From positions 54,002,001-54,066,000 of the forward strand of contig NC_043007.1 of the NCBI RefSeq assembly GCF_006345805.1: a stretch of DNA of 64,000 nt, written 5' to 3'. Source of the stretch: Octopus sinensis. Taxonomy: Eukaryota. Shown piece after piece: positions 38,731-52,053 of the stretch. Position 1 is the first letter of the stretch. Each line of letters starts with the position of its first letter. Below the pieces are notes generated by a model that saw only the letters and a program-made list of their open reading frames with translations, did no database searches and was not told where the DNA came from. The position numbers and the translations under genes are program-made.

Positions 38731-41043
38731 CTAGCAGATGTACCCATTGTTGCTCGGGATTTAAATACTACAATGTTTTTGATACTTAGTAAATTTCCCA
38801 TGTCATAAATAACATTGACACCAAATTGTAACAAAATTGATCGCTTATTGTAACAAAATTGGTTGCCGGGTACTGCTGAAACCAAGCAGTAAGAGTGTGA
38901 TACGAAGTCCTGAGAAGGGTTTAATGTGTTCTCAGAGGGTGTAACAATCATGGGTGAAGTATTCCTGAAAAGGGCTTTTATGTTGCACTCACAGCAGTAA
39001 CAGTTTGATAAGAAGCCCTGAAAAGGGCTGTAAGGTCTTCTCAGGTGGTGTAACAATTGCATGTAAAGTGGCCCTGAAATGAGCCTTTTTTTGTTTACAC
39101 CGAAAGCAATGGAATTGTTGCTGTGAAATGTGAAACTCTGTGAAAACAGATGACAAACCTAGGTTGGACAAAGAGAAAGAAACATGGTTGAGGAAAGTTA
39201 GAAAGTTTGAAAGCATGACTATAGTAGCACTCACTGACCACATATCAGGTCTGCAAGGTTGCACTGGTGTAGTGGAGGCACCGATGTTCACGAATTTGAA
39301 AGCAGTTGGTGCCTGAAGTACTTACAACACCTCTCTGTAGACCACATTTTTCGTTTTGCCATTAGGGGCAAGTACGAATAGATTTTGCTTGCTTCCAATG
39401 CTGGAGCATCTGACATATAACTGACTATGAGAGAAACATGGCTCGCCCTCCTTTTGGTAGCCAAAGCAGGCTCTGTTTTACAACCAAGTCTCGTTCTTTT
39501 CTTAGGTGGCATGGCAGTAGTATTGGACTATTCTTAACTTGCGAGTTTTAAAAAATGGGCAAAAGGAGACATTGAAAAACAAATTTGGCATGATGTATAA
39601 AAAGTGAACCTACTAAACTTATAATTCAAAAAAGGTGGAAGCAGGGACAGACAACTATGAGGACACAAAGACACTGAATGCAATATTTTTTAATGACACG
39701 TAAGCTAAAAACTGGTAGGTAGCAACAGTATGAAGGAGTTAACTTAATGGCATATGGGAACAATGCATAATTTCAACAGGAAGTATGAAGTTAAAGTAAT
39801 AAGCTGTAAGCCGAAGCATGTATGAGATATGCACAGCAGTACATGAATAATTACGATTTGACACTGGCATGATCAGGTGAACAGTGTTCCAGCAATGAAA
39901 TTCAATCAAAGAATTAATTGAACAGGCTCATTATAGTGCACAATCAATAGTGTTCATGTGCTTAGGTCAAAGCTAATGTTTGCAGTTCACCCCTTATTGG
40001 CAGACCATTGACATAATGTAAATAAGGAAAAGGGGGCATTATGATCATCGGTGATAATGGGGGGAGGGGAAGTGAGTAAACACTAAGGACATGGTAAAAG
40101 CAGTCAATAACACCAAATAAGAGGTTAAAGTGGAGGAGCATCATTGGTGTAAGCAATAACAGGTAGGGGTTTCAGTAAACTCTAATATACACAGATCAAA
40201 AAATGCTGGGTGCGCATTAATAGTGTTCATGCTCACATGTCAAAGGTCATGCTTGCAGTTCACCCACTGAAGTGGGATGATAGGGTGTCATGACAGCAGG
40301 CAATAATAAGGAGTGGGATTTAAGTAAACACTAATCAGATCAAATCAGCAAGGTAAGATTACCCCACAATCATTGGTACGTGAGTACATAGCAGAAGTTG
40401 TGAGCAAAAACCCAAGTTTAATCCAGTAAATTGCAAATTTAATGCAAATAAACTGGACAAAGCATTAGTTTAAAACAGTCAATTAAGCATGAGTAATATT
40501 ATTGCCACATATGGAGCAAATCAGTTTTGGAACTGCAGACGTTATTGGCAAAAAACCAAATTTTATGCAGTTATTCACAGACTTTTCCCATTCAATGAAG
40601 ATTGACTTGACAAAAACATAAGTTTAAAACAATTCTTAAAGCATGAATAATATTTGTGTCAAATTTGGAGTGAATTGGTTGAAAACTGCAGAAGTTATTG
40701 GCAAAAAAACAATTTTTGTGCATTTATTTGCAAATTTTTCGCAATGCTGATAACCTTGAGAGAAATTTTAAGCAAAGCAATTCTCACATGAGTAATGTTC
40801 GTGTCAAATTTGGAGGAAATCACTAAAAAAAACAGGGAGTTATGGGTAAAAAGCTGGTTTTCTGAACAGTTATTCGCGGTTTTTTGGTTATATGCGGGGT
40901 GGTGGTGGTGGAAAATATAAAGTAGGTCATGACCACCCTTGGAGCATAAGCTATCAATGTGTCAAGTTTGAGCGAAATCAGTTGAAAAATGCGGAAATGC
41001 ATTATGACCATCCTTGCACAGACATCTGTTTCATATATATAGA
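38731..41043 (-). mobile_element. Internally deleted Helitron
   Basis: A|TC start at 41043; hairpin and CTAG|T at 38731; helicase C-terminus CFSHSQLYV.CS...GKTKNVVYREVL at ~39323-39441. Confidence 0.85.
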
Positions 41044-41359
41044 TATATGTTGTAAGTAGATTTATCAATTATATGTCTGTGCAGGTATGTATGTCCACAA
41101 TTGTATGTGTGTAGTGATCTAGTTTGACCCTACCTTTCCTTTTTATTGCTCTTGTATCTGAAAACCCTGTTAACTTTCTAGAAATAACCTTATCTTTATT
41201 TATAATTCTTTACGAGATCAAATGAGATCATGCTCTATCTTCCGTTCAGTCTTCTTGCTTCAATATCTCTCCCTCCACTTACTTCCTCACACTTCTGTAT
41301 CCTTTCCCCTCCTTGATCCTGGTCCTTCAGTGAGTTCCTCTTTATAAACTACTAACTTA

Positions 41360-41975
41360 AACTCTTCATTCCCTGACCAAATTTGGGTCAGTGGAGTCAT
41401 ATTGCACTCTGTACTTGTTCTTGAGAAGTTGAAAACGTTTAATTCTTATCTGTATTTGCCTGATAAAATTTCTTTTTTTTTTTTGTATGATGTAACATTT
41501 GTTTATTAATAAAAAATACATCTGAAACAGCTGTAGTGAACCACAATCCATCTGTTGTTATTTGTTTATATGTATGTATTAGTGTGTGTATGTGTATATA
41601 TAAATATATATCATTATCATCGTTTAACATCTGTCTTCCATGGTGGTATGGGCTGGACAATATATATAGTGCAGCCCATGTCAGCATAGAAAATGGACAT
41701 TAAGTGATGATGATGATACAACACACACACACACACACACACGTACATATATACATACATTTAAATAAATAACAACTGATGGATTGTGGTTCACTACAGC
41801 TATTTTAAATGTTTCTTATTGATGAACAGAAATGTCATATCATGCAAAAAAAAAAAAAGGAAATGTCTTCATCACATGTATACAGATAAGAATTAGACAT
41901 TTTCAACCTCTCAAGGACAAGTACATAATGCCATATGACCCTACCGACCCAAATTCAGTCAAAGTGTGAAGATTT
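41360..41975. repeat. Diverged inverted pair (~41360-41575 and ~41765-41975)
   Basis: Reverse-complement match around GTACTTGT.CTTGAGA.GTTGAAAA and AGCTGTAGTGAACCACAATCCATC. Confidence 0.8.
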
Positions 41976-41984
41976 TGTATGTAT

Positions 41985-42215
41985 ATGTGTCTTTGTGTCT
42001 GGGTTTGTCTCCTACCACTGCTTGACAACTAGTGTTGGTGTGTTTATGTTCCTGTAATTTAGTTAAGCAAAAGAGACCACTAGTATAAGTACCAGGCTGA
42101 ATGAGTATTGAAGAAAGAATGAGTATTGAAGTCGATTTGTTTGACTAAAATTCTTCAAGGTGGTGTCACAGCATGGCTGTTATCTAATGACTGAAACAAG
42201 TAAAAGATAAAAGAT
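41985..42215 (+). mobile_element. tRNA-SINE, 3' half
   Basis: Homologous to 36420-36625. Confidence 0.8.
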
Positions 42216-42238
42216 ATATGCATATATATATATATTTG

Positions 42239-42638
42239 TATCTTTATCTCCTTTATCTTCGTACCTCGTACAACATACATTCATTCATTCGTTGCTATCA
42301 TTAAATGTTTGAACTTATACAGTAACTTGCTTTGCTTTCCTATCTTTCTCTACGAAATTTAACCCTTCCACCATTGGCGGTGCCTTCTTCTTCTTCTTCC
42401 ACAAACCCGAAAATCGCCATTACCATCCCCATTCAAACTTCCTTTCTTCTCCAACTCAAACTTCCGGTCTGATGTCCACAGCAAGTCAAGTTTTTATCTT
42501 TATCTCCTTTATCTTCGTACCTCGTACAACATACATTCATTCATTCGTTGCTATCGTTAAATGTTTGAACTTATACAGTAACTTGCTTTGCTTTCCTATC
42601 TTTCTCTACGAAATTTAACCCTTCCGCCATTGGCGGTG
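42239..42638. repeat. ~143-bp near-identical direct repeat
   Basis: 42239-42382 matches 42495-42638. Confidence 0.9.
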
Positions 42639-42639
42639 T

Positions 42640-43274
42640 GCCCGCCCTTACCCACCCCCACCACCAATACCGGTGAACACTGTTCTCATCATCTACACCG
42701 GATATGCCCTCCTCCTCCCCCACCACCATTACGTGTGTCTCTCCCTCCTACCCCTCCTCCTCACATGCTTTCACTGTGTACTACCCCTCCCCCCCACCAA
42801 GACAAGCTGCTAGCGCCGCGGCTCATCAACCGCCCCACTGATCTTACGTTTCCTCCTGTTTTTTTAATCTGTCACTGCCTCAACCGGCTATCTCCTTCCA
42901 GTCCCCTCCTCGCCTCGTGATATCCTACGTTTTATTTCTTATGAACCTGCACCAACCCTTCCCTGTCATCGTTCCTTCTTACCCCAACCTTCCCCACAAG
43001 ACCATCCGAACGTTGCCAGCGCCGCCTTAGCTGGCTCCCGTGCCGCTGGCATGTTAAAAGCTCGAACCGATTGTGACCGATGCCGGACCCCCCCGGCCCC
43101 TGTGCAGGTGGCACGTAAAAAGCACCCACTCCACTCGCGGAGTGGTTGGCGTTAGGAAGGGCATCCAGCCGTAGAAACTCTGCCAGATCAGACTGGAGCC
43201 TGGAGCGGCCCCTGGCTTCCCAGACCCCGGTCGAACTGTCCAACCCGTGCTAGCGCGGAAAACGGACGTTAAAC

Positions 43275-43303
<29 letters not shown>
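42640..43303 (+). mobile_element. C-rich body plus RTE-derived tail with (GAT)n
   Basis: Similar to 19240-19740. Confidence 0.75.
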
Positions 43304-43306
<3 letters not shown>

Positions 43307-43394
43307 GTGTGTATCAATGAACATATTCATGTATATATGTATTTGCATGTTTTTATACGTGTTTGTGTGTATATGTTCATCTCACATTTTTCTA

Positions 43395-44755
43395 GCACAG
43401 ATTCCATCCACATTTCGTAATCACTTCTTTATATGCAGCTATCCTCATCCATAGGCATCACATGACCATACCAATGCAGTCATCTCTCTTGCATAGTACA
43501 AATTTTCTATCAACAGATTTACACCTTTTCATACATGCACACTGGGATTGCACATCCAGTGGAGCATGCTAGCTTAATTTCTTTTTAGCTTTCACTTGTC
43601 CTCTGCATTCATAGTCCATGTTTCACTAACATCTAGCATTTATACACAAGCATCATACAATCTGCCTTTCACTCTGAGAAAGAAGCCTTTTGTTACCAAC
43701 AGAAGTAATAGCTTTCTGAACTTTCTCCAGATGCTTCATATTCTAATGACTATGGTTTGGGAGCATCCTCACCCACTGCTGATTTGATCACTTAGGTAAC
43801 AGAAACGATCTTTCGAGAGCCTGCTGAGTATTTGAGAAAATCTAGTTCTTGTGTTTATTGTTCCTGTGCATCTGCCACACTCAAAGTCTACTTTCTTGGC
43901 TAAGTTTCTTTGATTCCACTGCACCACTTCTGTGTCCACAGTTGGCATTGAGTGCACTGTATGGAATTTCTACCTATGCTGTATCTACATATTAAGCAGG
44001 GCCATTTTCTTGAAGGGATTAATGGTTTGTCTAATTTTCTTGCTTACCAGATCTATAGTTTTTGCTAAGTTAACTTTGATTCCAAATTTTGCTTCCATAC
44101 CTAAAGTTTCTTTTTTGATTCTACTGCAGATTCAGGTATGAGAACAAGATCATCAGCAAAAAGGAGCTCCTGTGGCTAACTAGTCTTAAATTCCTCTTCT
44201 ATGACCTGGAGGATTAAGATGGATGGTGGGGGGACTGAGAACTGAACCCTGGTGAAGTCTTAGTGGCACACTAAATTTGTTGCCATACTCATTATTAGCT
44301 TTTACCTTACCAGTGGATGGCTCTCACTAAACATTTGTCTACACTAGTTTCTGCAGCAACCACCTGATGATGGAACAAAGGATCCTGTCAAAGGCTTTCT
44401 CCATGTTGACCAGTGCGAAGAGAGCATCAGTACCTGACACAAAACCAAACTACATCTCATTTTGGCTACTTCTCTTCCTACTGAGTTGAGATATAATCTT
44501 GATCTGGTCCAGCATTTTGATACCTCTGTAGTTATTTCTGTTTAAGGCATTGCCCTTACCTATGTAGCACTTGACTATAATGTTGCTTCACCAGTTATTG
44601 GGTATGATACATTCTTGGACAATGTAATTAACTATTCAGGTAATTAGGCCTACCCCACTTAGTCAGATATTTTAATTATCTCAGGAAAAAGCCTCTGATG
44701 GACCAGGGGCTTTCCTGTCTTCATATCTTCAATCAATTTATCTATCTTACTGAAT
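43395..44755 (-). mobile_element. Degenerate RTE LINE RT fragment
   Basis: Reverse complement is colinear with 55180-56560 (NYRGIK, KAFD, LLFADD). Confidence 0.8.
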
Positions 44756-45079
44756 GTGTTTATAAGTATAAGTATATATTAGTATATTAGTATATTTGAG
44801 ACACTTTATTTTCCCTAATAATCACCATAGTGAAGTTTGGCATCTCATATGCTTTGATGCACTAAAACTTCTTTCCTGAATCTGTGTGAAATTTGGGTGT
44901 TTCTAATATGCCTGTACATCTTTTATGCCATGAAATATGTTTATATATATGTATAGGATGGCTAGTTTCCATGCTGAGATCTTGAAGTATGGAAGTGAAA
45001 GCCTACTTCAATGTTTAGCTAAATTAATGCAAAAGATTTAGATTGAAGGAAGTGTCTCAAATGATTGGAAAGATGCACT

Positions 45080-46300
45080 GGCAGTGGTTCTCTATAAATT
45101 ACTGTGAAATATCTCTTAACAACATCACTGATGAGGTCCTCCTTGAATCTCAGTGTGGTTTCAGAAACAGCATGGAGACAACAGATATGATCTTTTCTGT
45201 TAGTTAATTGCATTAAAAATGCAAGACTTGTATCAAGTCTTTGTTTTCTGACTAATGCCCTTGATACCATAAAAAGAAATGTCTCATGTAGCATTCTGAA
45301 GAAGCTTGGGTGTCCTGATAAGTTTGTCTGTGCTCAGACATTTCCATGGAATGAAAACATGTGTCAATATGGGTGGTAAGCTCCCTAAGTTTTGGTTGAA
45401 AATGGTGTTGAGCAAGGGGATATACCAGCATCAACTCTGTTTGCATTGTACTTTGCTATGGCTTTCTTGGTTGCTTTTGAGGGTTGCTTGCATCAGAGAC
45501 TGAATAACAAGTAGAATGTTGAATATAAGATAGTTTACTGTTAAAATAAGGTTGCTTGCATCACTAATATGCATATTCCTGCATGTTGATGGTTGTGATC
45601 TTGTTGCTCACCACAGAGTGACATGCAGCATGTTTTGGACTCTTTCTTGACACTGTACAGTGCATTGTATCTAACAGTCAGCCTAAAAACGACAGTTATA
45701 ATGTATCAACCAGCACTTAATTTTAAGCCAAACATTTATGTAAATGGATGAAAATTGCAGGTTGTGGATAGATTCCTGGATTTAGGCAGTACTGTGAATA
45801 TGATAAATACCCTTGTTGATGAAATATCCACCGGAATCAAGAGATTTAGTGATTCCTTTAGAAAATTTGATTATGTCTCAGAATGGAATTTCAATTGAAA
45901 CAAAGTTAAAGTTCTACAATACTTGTGTTGTGTTTTGTCTTCATTTGCTATATGCATTTCTGATACCTGGGTTACTTACTGGAAAGGCTTCAGTGATTTC
46001 ACTAGCAGTCTCTCTGTGTACCCTAGGGGTCTGTTGGCAAATGTATGTAAATGATGTTGAAGTCCTCAATCACAGTCACTCAACCTATATAGAGTCTCTA
46101 CTATTTTTGAACCAATAATAGTGAAATCATCATGCAGTTAGGATGGAAGATTAGTGGCTCCCAAAGCAATTTGTGTTGTGACTTACCCCAAAGTAAAAGG
46201 CCAACTCACAAACTGAAATCAAGGTATGAGGACTGCATCAAGAAAACACTGGTGAGGGTTTAAAACATTTGCATTGTACTTTGCTATGGTTTTCTAGGTT
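45080..46300 (+). mobile_element. Highly decayed RTE/BovB-type RT remnant
   Basis: ESQCGFR..T.DMIFSV, LGCPDKFV..LRHFH.GM, TKLKFY remnants. Confidence 0.6.
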
Positions 46301-46774
46301 GCTTTTGAAGAAACCATTCATAATGGAAGAAAGCAGTGAATGACAGTAGCATGGAATTTTAACTGAATGCATCAAGCATGAACAGTGCAAGAGAACTGTT
46401 CATAGGGGTCTTGATGTGAATTTAGCTGAGTATATCAGCACATAGTTCAATTTAACATGTAACAAATGTGAGTATATCTAAGTAGGGCAGGTCTTAGAAG
46501 TCATCAGAGGAGCCACACATTGTTAACTATGAATTATATAGCACCTCTACTTGTAAGGAGTGAGGAAAAGAAGTTGCAGCAGGATGGGGACTGAAATGTT
46601 CACAAAAACAGTATCTTATCTCATAGCACTCATTGTTGCTGCATCTGTAAATAAGAGTGAGAGTCCTTAACGGAACTAAAAAGCCACATTTGTATTACTC
46701 ATGTTTAAAATAACAATCAAGCAATGGCATTACTTGGCAGTTATTTTGTGTAAATATAAATATATATATAATAA

Positions 46775-47159
46775 TTATTATTTGAGGGAATAAAATCCAA
46801 ACTTACAAGGAAAAAGAAGTCAATTTAGAAATACTAAATCAAATTCCACATAATATAATTTATATATAAAATATTAGAAAAAACCCACCTTTTATCAATT
46901 CAAAATGAATAATTAAATTACATCATCTAGAAAATTACATATAATAGAAAAGTTAAAATTAAAATAACAATTAAAAAGTAACGATTAAGTAAATTACAAA
47001 AATAATATAATGTATATAATAGGTAGAAAAATGACACATGTTTCGCTGCTATATTTAAGAAATGATTATAGTAGTAGAGAAATCACTTGCATATAAATAT
47101 AGTCGCTCATCAGGTTAAAAATAAAATAGAACAATAAAATAATTAATTAATAAATATAC

Positions 47160-47160
<1 letters not shown>
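46775..47160 (-). mobile_element. Non-coding PLE/retrozyme-like fragment with a long-stem-II hammerhead remnant (47034-47115)
   Basis: CTGATGA-GC.ACTATATTTA...TAAATATAG..GC-GAAACATGT; end resembles 26960-27060. Confidence 0.6.
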
Positions 47161-47239
<79 letters not shown>

Positions 47240-47339
47240 ACATGAAAATTCTAAATATACATAAGTGAAAAATAAAATAATACTTCAATAATTAAATACT
47301 TTAAAATTAAATAAAATACACAAAGCTATTACATATTTG

Positions 47340-48495
47340 AACAATAACACACATGTTTAAAAAGATTCCTAACAACTCAACTTCTCTGACTGACTTTAAG
47401 ACCCCACTAATAGGGGTTTTAACTCCCACATTTTAGAGCTCCATGTGCTCCATTTTCCAGGAGCAAAAACCTTTGAATGGGTTTTATAAGATTGGGATAG
47501 TAGAATAATTGTAGTTGCAGCTTGGGACCAAAGGGATGCTGCAAAGACCCTTAGATAATGCCTACATTGCACTGCACAAAGTGCAATGATAGCGTCATCT
47601 CCCTATGGGGAGGGGGGTGTCATTCATAATTTCTTAGATTAGCCTACGCCAACTTGTAAAAGAAATTATAAGATCAATAGTTGAATGATTTAGTGAAAGA
47701 GTAGAAAGTGCAGTGAATGATAAGTGAAATAACAAATACTACTTTATCGGAGGCAGTAGTCCTATAAGCCCTAAGCACCTACTCATATGTTGGCACTACA
47801 GATGAATGAGCCAGAAGGTAACACCAGATTAATTTTAAGACCACAATGGCTACCTCCAATGCATAAAGCTACAAACTTTTCTAAAATCTAAGATTACAAT
47901 TGTACTTGTCTTGGTTTAGGAAAAATCACTAAATTGTTGGGGTTAAGCTCCTATTAAGGGGTTTTACTAAACTCCTAAGAAGCTGAAATTTTAGGAATAT
48001 TACTTTATTTGTGTCTAATATCTATAGTTAAAATTTCATCAACAGCAAAAATATATGAATTTTCATGGGGGTCATTAATGCCCCCTCACTTTTCTGCCCT
48101 TATGCATAGAATATAATTTCCAAATTTCATAAAGATCCATTCAGTACTTTTGACCTTGTTTTAGATCATAATAGATGACTAAAATTTGGGAGTTAAGGGC
48201 CTTCATTAGGGGGTCTTAGAATCCTCATGAGAAGTGAAAACTTTGGGAATACTTCTTGATTTGTGTCAATTACCTATGGTTGAAATTTCATCAACATTGA
48301 AAATTTATTAATTTTCATGGGGGTGGGGTCTGCCCCCTTTAAGCCCCCCTCAAATTCAGACCAAACATACTGCATTATATCTACCCTTATGCATTGAATC
48401 TAAGTTCCAAATATCATAAGGATCAGTCCTGTAGTTTTCAAGTCTATAAGTAACACACATAAAGACATCCACTTTTATATAATAGATATATAGAG
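47340..48495 (-). mobile_element. Non-autonomous Helitron-like element
   Basis: Minus-strand start TCTATTATATAAAAGTGGATGTC; body of the same type as 25305-25415, 27270-27570 and 48970-49260. Confidence 0.5.
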
Positions 48496-48505
48496 ATGTA
48501 TAGAT

Positions 48506-48558
<53 letters not shown>

Positions 48559-48613
48559 TATACATCTATACATATACATCTATACGTATACATATATATG
48601 CATTTATATATAC

Positions 48614-48664
<51 letters not shown>

Positions 48665-48705
48665 TACACATAAATATATATATATACATATATACTTATA
48701 AGTAT

Positions 48706-48738
<33 letters not shown>

Positions 48739-48758
48739 CATATATATAAAAAAATAAA

Positions 48759-48802
<44 letters not shown>

Positions 48803-50201
48803 AGTACATATATATATACACACTTATATACATGCATACATTTAGTGATACATATATATACATATAAATTTATATTTATATACATGTGTGTATATATACA
48901 TACATACACACACACACACACTATATATATGTGTGTGCGTGTATGTATGCATGTATATATTAGATAAAAGTTTCACTTTAATAGTTTCAGTATTAATAGG
49001 GAAACTATTAAACTGAAAGTATCTCTCATTATAATAGTTAAATGTTGTTTCACTTTTGACATGTAAAACTGAAATAGTGTAAGAAATAAGTGATTGCTCC
49101 AGGCTCGCATCTGGCAAGAAATTGAAAAGTTTTTTGGCCCATGACTCTGCATGGACCCTAAGTAAGGCATGTGTAAACTTTTAATGAAATCAGTTGGGTA
49201 GTTCTCGAGTTTTAGGGATTCACAAAGACTTGCAGACAGACATATATACTCAGTTTAATATACCAAGATATATATTGTTGCTATTATGCAAAGCGTTATA
49301 AGTCCAAAACATTGTTTCTTCAGAAAACAAAAAAATAGTTTCACCATTCCATTTCTTTTTATATTAGCAAGTTTCAGCTTAACAATAATACTTTGTTGGG
49401 TGCATAAAACTGTAACACCATGCATGTATGATATTTTTGCAAAACTGTTGTATGTGAGACACTTTTGAAAAATGCTAAACTGTTGTACTGCACTTTGACA
49501 ATTTTCATATCTTAGCTTCTGAAGCAGCCAGCGATATGATAGTTTGACCAAAAGAACCGGCTATTGCAAGCAAAATTAAATATTGAATAAAATGCATTTG
49601 GCCAAATGTGGACATACAACAGTTAAACATAACAAAAATATATATATTCTAAATAATTGATACAGAAGACAGAGTATGCTGGAAACTTTATTTATCACAG
49701 TTACCATTTCGGCATAATGCTGTACTGGTCCCTTGTGGGTGAGGAAGGGTATAATGAATTCCAATGTTCCCCACAGTGCAGAAATGTTTCATCAGGTGAC
49801 ATAACAGGATTCAATGTATTTGTAACATTGACTACTACCAACATAGTTTAACTTAGTCTGTGGGCGAAATGTCGCTTATGCAACTTGGTATCCTGTTATG
49901 TCAGTTATTTAGAAAATACTCAATGTGTACTAAGGAATTCCTAACGTAGATCCAGCAATGGATGTGCTTTTACTGTGGATGATGCCAGGTAGCCTTAAGG
50001 GGTGAAATTGCTCTGCTGGCACACTACTAGGGACATACCCAAAATACAGTGTGGATGCTAAATATTAAATTTTAGATTTCAAATCTAAACTTTAATTATA
50101 ACTAATGTGTGTGTGTATATATATGTATGTATGTATCTGTGCATGTGTGTGTGTGTGTGTTTATATGTCTATATATATATATATATATGCATGCATATAT
50201 A

Positions 50202-50357
50202 CAGTAGAACTTCGGTTTTCAAACAACTCTGATCATGAATAATCATACTTTATCTCCTGTCTTTCTCATATTCATTTAATACAAGTAGTACCTCGGTTTA
50301 TGAACGCCTCTGATCACAAATAAATTGTGCTTTATATATATCAATATGTATCTATAT

Positions 50358-50404
<47 letters not shown>

Positions 50405-50452
50405 GCACGGTTTATTCATGATCAGAGTTGTTCAAAAACTGAGGTACTACTG
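50202..50452. mobile_element. pogo/Tigger-like MITE
   Basis: TA-flanked TIRs CAGTAGAACTTCGGTTTT / AAAACTGAGGTACTACTG; a second left end at ~50284. Confidence 0.7.
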
Positions 50453-50479
50453 TATTTATATATGCATATGTATATAACT

Positions 50480-52050
50480 CTTCCGTCAAATTTCTTAACA
50501 TTTCTGTCAATATATGCCACTCTGCTCTCACCACCTCCATCCACTACAAACACACTGACTCACACTCCTACCTCAACTTCTCCTCCCACCTTACCCACAC
50601 CTAGCTCTCCATCTACTCCCAATTCCTCTATCTATATTGGCTCTGCAGTGGCAACCACAACTTTGAGACTTGTTCTCAGCTCATGGTCTGCCACTTCATC
50701 CTGCATGAATATCTCCTCACCATTATTCACACTACCCTTGCCCAGGCACAATCCATTCACTGTGCCTCTGCTCTTTCTCCTTGCACCTGCCCCACCCTTA
50801 CCTGTCTCCCATTTCCCTTCACCTTCCACCCCTCCAGTGCACCATTCTCTGAGCCTTCTGGTGACTCCCGTCCAATCCTTCTACCTTGTACATCTTCCCT
50901 AACTTACCTCTTCCCTCCTTCAAACAAGCCCATAACTTGCATAACTTCCTGGCCCACAGTTTCTTCGCTACTCTTGTCTCCCAGTCTGGCTCCTTCCCTT
51001 ACTCTTGCCCATGCTGTTCTCTCCAACACCACCATCCTCACTGGCACTCATCACCATCCCTATCATGTCACAAACTACTTTATCTGCACATCCAGTAATG
51101 TTATTTACTGCATCTCCTGCTCTGTCTGTTCTTCCTTGTACATTGGTCAAATGGGACACTTCTTGGCTGACCAGTTTGCAGAGTGCCTCCAAGATGACAC
51201 AATGGTATTGTGCCACTTCTGCTCTACTGGTCATTCGCTACAACACCTGTTTGTGTTCAGACTGTCTCTGCACAGGACTCCTGCCTTCCCTGTGAACAGG
51301 AATTAATCTTCTCTCTTCAGTGTTTTCTGCCATATGGGCTCAGTTCAATACCTCTCTTCATCTGACACCAATCCCACATAGATTTCCACGCACCTCCCAC
51401 ATTCAACTGTCCCCTCCACCTACACACCTGCATAGTGCCTGCCTTGATACCCTCACGACATACACACCACTGTACAAACACCCATACACACTGTTCAACT
51501 CATTACTCACTTCACGCACTATTACACACACACCTACACACCTTCCCACTCCACACACACTAGCACCAAACACTTCTCAGCACCCACACAAGCACATAAT
51601 ACCCAAACACAGGCAATTTATAGACACAGATAACTTTCACCCACAAACATATTCTATACACAATATTTGGTCATACACACACCACCTGAACAAGCACACA
51701 TCAACTACTACATAACACATACACGTTAGCCTCACATACCCCCATTCACACATATACACACCATTCTCAATTACACACACACACTTGCGCACCTTAGTTC
51801 GTTGGGATCACCATTACTGTTATTATTACTTCCCTTTCATTCAGCCTCTTTTTCCAGTCATCTTGCCTTGTTGGATCATTGAACTTTGCACATTTTTCTC
51901 TCTCTATTTTTTTTTTCCTGTTAATCATTTCTGTCCAAGAGCATAGGCTCAAAACATAAAAGACATTTCCATTCTTCCCAAGCGTTAAATTAATACACCT
52001 ACTTCTTGTTCCTACACCTGTCTTCGTTTTTTGTTTACTGTAAATTTGAA
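50480..52050 (+). mobile_element. 3' part of a second Penelope-like family (GIY-YIG)
   Basis: F.CTSSNVIYCISCSVCSSLYIGQ GIY-YIG motif at ~51078-51150. Confidence 0.8.
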
Positions 52051-52053
52051 CTA

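Noticed and set aside
49255-50040. Unique-looking sequence with short ORFs
   Set aside because: Could not assign a domain or splice structure
51925-51970. Hammerhead-like AAGAGCATAGGCTCAAAAC at the PLE 3' end
   Set aside because: Core too degenerate to call
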